From Promethearchaeota archaeon (lineage in GTDB: Archaea; Asgardarchaeota; Lokiarchaeia; Sigyniarchaeales; SOKP01), in NCBI GenBank assembly GCA_048941265.1, contig JBHLNT010000126.1, positions 1-11,957 on the forward strand: a stretch of DNA of 11,957 nt. Reading direction: 5' to 3'. How positions within the stretch are numbered: position 1 is the first letter of the stretch; the number at the start of each line of letters is the position of its first letter. The notes under the pieces are model-generated. The model searched no databases. It was given only the letters and a program-made list of their open reading frames with translations, and had not been told where the DNA came from. The position numbers and the translations under genes were made by a program. Positions 7,422 to 11,957 of the stretch are shown here, piece by piece.

Positions 7422-8795
7422 TTAACTTCTCTTTGCTTTTTCTTTATGCAAAGCTTCCAGCTTCTCTTCCATTAGGGCTAATCTTTCTCCATATAACGGA
7501 TGGAAATAGATAAATATCATACTTACAAAGAGAACAATAGCAGGAATTAAAAAAAACAATACTTTAATTCCGAGGTAAGCAGATTGGGGCTGTGTGTTTG
7601 ATCCTTGAACATACCCATATGAAATTAATATAATTGTAGCAATAATTGGCCCAAGGCTTAATGCGGGTTTAGTAATAAGGGCATTCATGCCCAAAAACAT
7701 CCCTTCTCTACGGGAACCGTTCTCCAATTCATCTTCATCTATTGATAAATACAATAGTGGAGTTGAAAAAACTCCATAACCTCCAAGAAAAGTGTGTACA
7801 ATAAATCCTGTCCAAATTACCCATAAAGGCACTGGATTGAGTATAATTATAAATAATATTAGAGCACCTAATGCCCTTAACATCCCAAATCTTAGAATTA
7901 TTTTTCTCATACCCCACTTTGGCCTTAATTGAGCACAGAAGACGTTTGAGATGAACGCTACAACAATGCTTATCACAACAAACAATCCCACGGCTTCCAA
8001 TATTCCCAGGGTCCCCAATATTAAAACATAAACAAAAAGATAGCTCAAACCAATCCCTCCTAAAAAAATATTGCAAAAATTAAAGCCGGTATAAATTAAA
8101 AAAGATTTAGACTTTAAAGTTTCTTTTAATGAGTCTCCTAAAGAAAAAATTTGGTCATTATGAAATTCTGGTCTTTCAAAACACTCTCTCGCGACGATTA
8201 ACATTAGTATAGAGGATACAATCGCTATTATCACCATTAAAAATTGAAAATCTTGCGAAGTAGGTTTCATGGGGCCGATTATATATAGTACAGGTACAAT
8301 CGTTAAAATTCCAATTAAAATAACTATGAGCGTGACAAGAGAACGCTCACCCGTATCATTTGTCATTTCGGGAAGTAGCGCCATCCAAGCTATGATAACG
8401 AGAGTTAACATACAATCGAAAACACAGATACTAATCACATAATGGAGAAAAATAATGAATTGATTGTCGAAACTCCATGGAAACCACACAAGAATAAAAG
8501 TTAATGCCCAAATTGGTCCTCCATATTTTATATATATGATTCTTCTACTCCCCCATTTCTGCGGGTTAGTTCTGTCTGTAAGCTGTCCTAAAAGCGGGTC
8601 ATTAATTGCATTTATTACCAAATAAATTATTTGACCAATGATAAAATACAATGGCAGCAATTTCAAATCGTTAAAAAAGAATTCTATGTATTTAAAAGTG
8701 AAGACATAGGCCAAAACGCCACCTGGAGCAGCTCCAAGAGCATATCCAAACCTTTCTCTCTGTGTTAATTTACCATAAGGTCTGTATTGGTCCAC
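7422..8795 (-). CDS. Glycoside-pentoside-hexuronide (GPH, MelB/UidB-like, MFS_2) transporter
   Basis: ERFGYALG, NAINDPLLGQLTDRT...WGSRR, ALLPEMTNDTGER, IDEDELENGSRREGMFLG, GYV...TQ, GIKVLFFLIPA, HPL are GPH-family hallmarks. GTG start one codon after an in-frame TAA. Confidence 0.92.
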   Translation of the reverse strand: MDQYRPYGKLTQRERFGYALGAAPGGVLAYVFTFKYIEFFFNDLKLLPLYFIIGQIIYLVINAINDPLLGQLTDRTNPQKWGSRRIIYIKYGGPIWALTFILVWFPWSFDNQFIIFLHYVISICVFDCMLTLVIIAWMALLPEMTNDTGERSLVTLIVILIGILTIVPVLYIIGPMKPTSQDFQFLMVIIAIVSSILMLIVARECFERPEFHNDQIFSLGDSLKETLKSKSFLIYTGFNFCNIFLGGIGLSYLFVYVLILGTLGILEAVGLFVVISIVVAFISNVFCAQLRPKWGMRKIILRFGMLRALGALILFIIILNPVPLWVIWTGFIVHTFLGGYGVFSTPLLYLSIDEDELENGSRREGMFLGMNALITKPALSLGPIIATIILISYGYVQGSNTQPQSAYLGIKVLFFLIPAIVLFVSMIFIYFHPLYGERLALMEEKLEALHKEKAKRS

Positions 8796-8882
8796 TTTTT
8801 ATACTTATATTAATTTTTTAGTTAATTATATTGCATCATGATCATAAATAAAATTAAATAAATTTTCAGCATTTTTCTATTA
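8796..8882. promoter_or_regulatory. Compact divergent promoter between the GPH transporter and the MBL/GH2 genes
   Basis: 87 bp. TTAAATA at 8854-8860 (23-29 nt before ATG 8883), TATAATTAA on the minus strand about 27-35 nt before the GTG, and overlapping palindromes ATCATGAT/ATGATCAT at 8835-8845 between them. Confidence 0.55.
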
Positions 8883-9692
8883 ATGGCTTCTAGTAATGAA
8901 TGGTTTGAGATTATAAAGCATAAAGAAGATTTATATATCATTCGTGAAAAATTAGCTGAAATAGATCCCCGTTATAACAGTTATTATACGAATTTATTTT
9001 TACTCCTTGGTTCTAAAACAGCATTATTAATAGATACAGGTGCGGGATTATTTCCTCTCAAACCAATTATCAATGATTTGATTGGAAAGAGGAACTTGAA
9101 AGTCTTGAATACCCATTGCCATTGGGATCATGTGGGCTCCAATCATGAATTTGATGAGATCTCTATTCATGAAACTGAGAAAGTAACCATTACAAGATCC
9201 ACTAATATTACTATTTTAAGCAGTTCTCCTAAGGATATAGCTAAAAGGTACGAGAGATATAATTATTCATTACCACCGGCATCTTCCGTTAAACCATTAA
9301 AAGATGGAGATATGATTGATTTAGGTAATATTTCTATTGAAGTTATCCATACTCCGGGACATTCACCAGGTTCTATTTGTCTGCTAAGTAATAGAAATGA
9401 ATTGTTTACTGGTGATACCGCACATTATGGTACGCCATATTTACCAAAGAAAAAGCTATTACCAGAATATCTTTCTAATTTGTCAAAATTAATTAAATTG
9501 TGTGAAAAACACGAGTCAATCGAAATTTATCCTTCACATGAGGAATATTATGTGGGGATAGAACTTCTCAAGGAACTCTATGAAGGAATTGCCAATATAG
9601 AAAATATATGGGATACCAGAGTAAAAAATGATTTTATGCGTTCTTGGATAATTGATGATGGCAAATTTAAATATGACATCTCAAGAATATAA
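8883..9692 (+). CDS. MBL-fold metallo-hydrolase (resembles the MBLAC2-like subgroup)
   Basis: LIDTG, THCHWDH (HxHxDH), HTPGHSPGSICL, LFTGD and YPSH give a complete dinuclear metal ligand set. No signal peptide. Confidence 0.92.
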   Translation: MASSNEWFEIIKHKEDLYIIREKLAEIDPRYNSYYTNLFLLLGSKTALLIDTGAGLFPLKPIINDLIGKRNLKVLNTHCHWDHVGSNHEFDEISIHETEKVTITRSTNITILSSSPKDIAKRYERYNYSLPPASSVKPLKDGDMIDLGNISIEVIHTPGHSPGSICLLSNRNELFTGDTAHYGTPYLPKKKLLPEYLSNLSKLIKLCEKHESIEIYPSHEEYYVGIELLKELYEGIANIENIWDTRVKNDFMRSWIIDDGKFKYDISRI

Positions 9693-9707
9693 TTACTAAA
9701 AAAATAG

Positions 9708-11957
9708 TTGATTACTACGAAAAAAGTAGAAAAAATTACTTTAAATGGAATATGGAAATTACAAAATAAACAAAAATCAGTGAATATTGAAGCAGAAGTG
9801 CCTGGCACTGTCTTTGAAGCTTTATTACACAATAGTCTTATAAATGATCCTTTTTATGGCTCGAACGAGCATGAAATTAATTGGGTGTATGAATCTGATT
9901 GGTATTATGAAAAAGAATTAGAAGTGTCATCAGATTTTTTAGAGTATTCTAATATTTTACTCCGCTTTCATGGGCTTGATACCATTGCAGAAGTGTATTT
10001 AAATGATGAGCTTATTGGTAAAACTGATAACATGTTTGTTATTTATGATTTTGAAGTAAAAGGTAAACTGAGAGACACACATAATACACTAAAAATCATA
10101 TTTAAAAGCCCCACAAGAATCGCCTCAGAAATGGTTGAAAAATACAAGATAGAATTAAAAACTACTCATACTAATCTTGGTTTACCGTATATTAGAAAAG
10201 CTCAATATTCCTTTGGTTGGGATTGGGGGCCAATATTACCTGATATCGGAATTTGGAAGTCTGTTGAATTAATTGGATTTAATGATATAATAATAGATTC
10301 AGTCTATCAAACTCAAACCTTTAAATATAATAAAGATCCTCTTAGCATCAATAGACCTGATGAAATCTCTACAATAAACATTGAAAACGTCAAAATAAAA
10401 ATACAAATTGGGTTATTATCAAAAGTAGAAGATATCTCATCAGGTGGATATACTCTTAAGGTTATGCTCATAGATCCTAAAGAAAATCATCTTGAACTCC
10501 AAACTGCTGTTAAATCAAAGAGTGTTACTGTTGAGACAGAAATCAACGATCCGCAATTATGGTGGACTCACAATTTAGGTGCTCAAAACCTTTATGAATT
10601 GACTATATGCATTCAGAAAGGGGAAATAATCTTAGATTCATCTACTCAAAACATAGGGATTAGGGATATTCAACATGTTAGAAGACCTGATAAGTGGGGA
10701 GAATGCTTTTATTTCATGTTAAATGGTATACCACTTTTTGCCAAAGGAGCAAACTGGATTCCTATTGATAGTCTAATTCCAAGAGGAAAAAAAGCAGGCT
10801 TATATCAGTCAAATCTCGAATCTGCCAAGAAAGCCAATATGAATATGATTCGTGTATGGGGCGGAGGTATTTATGAAGACGACCTATTTTACGAGCTTTG
10901 TAACAAGTTAGGAATTTTAGTCTGGCAAGATTTTCCATTTGCCTGCGCAATTTATCCCGTGCATAAGGAATTTTTCGAAACTGTGGAAAGAGAAGCAATT
11001 CAAAATATTAAAAGATTGAGAAACCATGCTTGCTTAGCAATTTGGTGCGGAAATAATGAAATTGAGCAATTATGGGGCGCATTAGTATTTAATGCTAAAC
11101 TTAAAGATCCTGAAACGATTGCATTGTATGAAAAAGCTTATCTGGATATGTTTAAGGGACTAATACCTAAGTTAATTAACAAGTACGATCCAAGCCATTC
11201 ATATTGGCCAAGTTCAGCATTAGACACATGGGATGGAAAAAAAATAAGATCTAAAAATCCAGATACTCCGGACACGGGGGATTCTCACTTTTGGAAAGTT
11301 TGGCATGGTGGGGCTTCCTTTAAAGCTTATCAAAAATTCAATTCACGTTTTATGTCAGAGTTTGGATTCGAATCCTTTCCGTCTATGAAAACAATAAAGA
11401 CTTTCTGTCCACCTGACCAATTTGATTTTAATACTCCTATTATGGAAAATCACCAAAAAAATCCCGCGGGAAACAGAAAAATTCTGAGTTATATGAGGAG
11501 ACGCTTTTCTATTCCTAAAACATTCGAACAACAAGTGATTCTCTCACAAATTACTCAAGCAGAGGCAATCGAATACGGCGTTGAACATTGGAGGCGTAAT
11601 AGAAATGGTTTGCATTGCATGGGATCTCTTTATTGGCAGTTAAATGATTGTTGGCCTGTTGCTAGCTGGAGTTCCCTGGATTATTCTGGACGATGGAAAG
11701 CACTTCATTATTTTGCCAAACGATTCTATCAACCACTTTTCCCTAGTGTAAAAGTGGATAAACAGAATGTAGAGTTTTGGATTACAAACGACTTAGCGAT
11801 CCAAAAAGATTTCGCTTTAGTATGGAAAATTCTTGATTATGAGAGCAATATCCTTAAGAAGGGTGCTTATGATGTAAAAATATCTCCATGCTATTCCTTG
11901 ATTGTTGGAACCATAGACGTAAGTGATATCAATCAGGAAAAAGATAAAATGCAAAAT
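9708..11957 (+). CDS. Glycoside hydrolase family 2 beta-mannosidase, 3' end outside the window
   Basis: Manual translation from TTG 9708 (directly after an in-frame TAG): LNGIWKL...VPGTV...DPFYGSNE, FHGLDT, RKAQYSFGWDWGP, FAKGANWIP, NMNMIRVWGGGIYE, VWQDFPFAC, WCGNNE (acid/base Glu, 11058-11060), GDSHFWKVWHG, RFMSEFGFES (nucleophile Glu, 11358-11360), YWQLNDCWP, WKALHY. 750 codons to the edge. Absent from the ORF track. Confidence 0.95.
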   Translation, partial: MITTKKVEKITLNGIWKLQNKQKSVNIEAEVPGTVFEALLHNSLINDPFYGSNEHEINWVYESDWYYEKELEVSSDFLEYSNILLRFHGLDTIAEVYLNDELIGKTDNMFVIYDFEVKGKLRDTHNTLKIIFKSPTRIASEMVEKYKIELKTTHTNLGLPYIRKAQYSFGWDWGPILPDIGIWKSVELIGFNDIIIDSVYQTQTFKYNKDPLSINRPDEISTINIENVKIKIQIGLLSKVEDISSGGYTLKVMLIDPKENHLELQTAVKSKSVTVETEINDPQLWWTHNLGAQNLYELTICIQKGEIILDSSTQNIGIRDIQHVRRPDKWGECFYFMLNGIPLFAKGANWIPIDSLIPRGKKAGLYQSNLESAKKANMNMIRVWGGGIYEDDLFYELCNKLGILVWQDFPFACAIYPVHKEFFETVEREAIQNIKRLRNHACLAIWCGNNEIEQLWGALVFNAKLKDPETIALYEKAYLDMFKGLIPKLINKYDPSHSYWPSSALDTWDGKKIRSKNPDTPDTGDSHFWKVWHGGASFKAYQKFNSRFMSEFGFESFPSMKTIKTFCPPDQFDFNTPIMENHQKNPAGNRKILSYMRRRFSIPKTFEQQVILSQITQAEAIEYGVEHWRRNRNGLHCMGSLYWQLNDCWPVASWSSLDYSGRWKALHYFAKRFYQPLFPSVKVDKQNVEFWITNDLAIQKDFALVWKILDYESNILKKGAYDVKISPCYSLIVGTIDVSDINQEKDKMQN

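Noticed and set aside
7735-8076. 113-aa alternative-frame ORF on the minus strand
   Set aside because: Nested in the GPH gene, whose main frame is intact; no family motifs.
8883-9692. MBL protein as a beta-lactamase resistance gene
   Set aside because: No signal peptide, and the bridging Asp (TGD) is typical of non-lactamase MBL-fold hydrolases.
9690-9710. MBL and GH2 in the same frame, suggesting read-through or a broken fusion
   Set aside because: Two stops (TAA and TAG) separate them and each protein begins or ends like a stand-alone family member; same frame has a 1 in 3 chance.
9578-10998. Minus-strand ORFs 9578..9832 and 10762..10998
   Set aside because: Antisense to the MBL and GH2 coding regions, which carry strong conserved motifs.
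1-11957. CRISPR arrays, IS elements, tRNA/rRNA or defence systems
   Set aside because: No regularly spaced repeats, transposase/integrase motifs or structured GC-rich RNA segments were seen; all spacers are under 160 bp.

Overview
AT-rich window with nine intact-looking protein-coding genes and no rRNA, tRNA, CRISPR array or recognisable mobile element. Left to right: MFS transporter (-, cut by the left edge, missing from the ORF track); dmsB-like Fe-S subunit (-); dmsA-like molybdopterin catalytic subunit with no Tat signal and no dmsC/dmsD nearby (-); divergent luciferase-like (LLM) oxidoreductase with F420-dependent Adf/FGD-type motifs (+); a second MFS transporter that is a gap-free paralog of the first (-); GNAT acetyltransferase (+); GPH/MelB-type glycoside symporter (-); MBL-fold hydrolase (+); and a GH2 beta-mannosidase without signal peptide (+, cut by the right edge, missing from the ORF track). 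Short AT-rich spacers, TATA-like boxes about 25-30 nt before starts, oligo-T tracts instead of hairpin terminators and the gene content suggest an archaeon, plausibly Lokiarchaeia/Asgard (inference only). The best candidate for a new system is a cytoplasmic, anchor-less DmsAB with a remodelled third Fe-S motif and a charged insertion, paired with an F420-type oxidoreductase and bracketed by twin transporters, next to a glycoside import/hydrolysis module.
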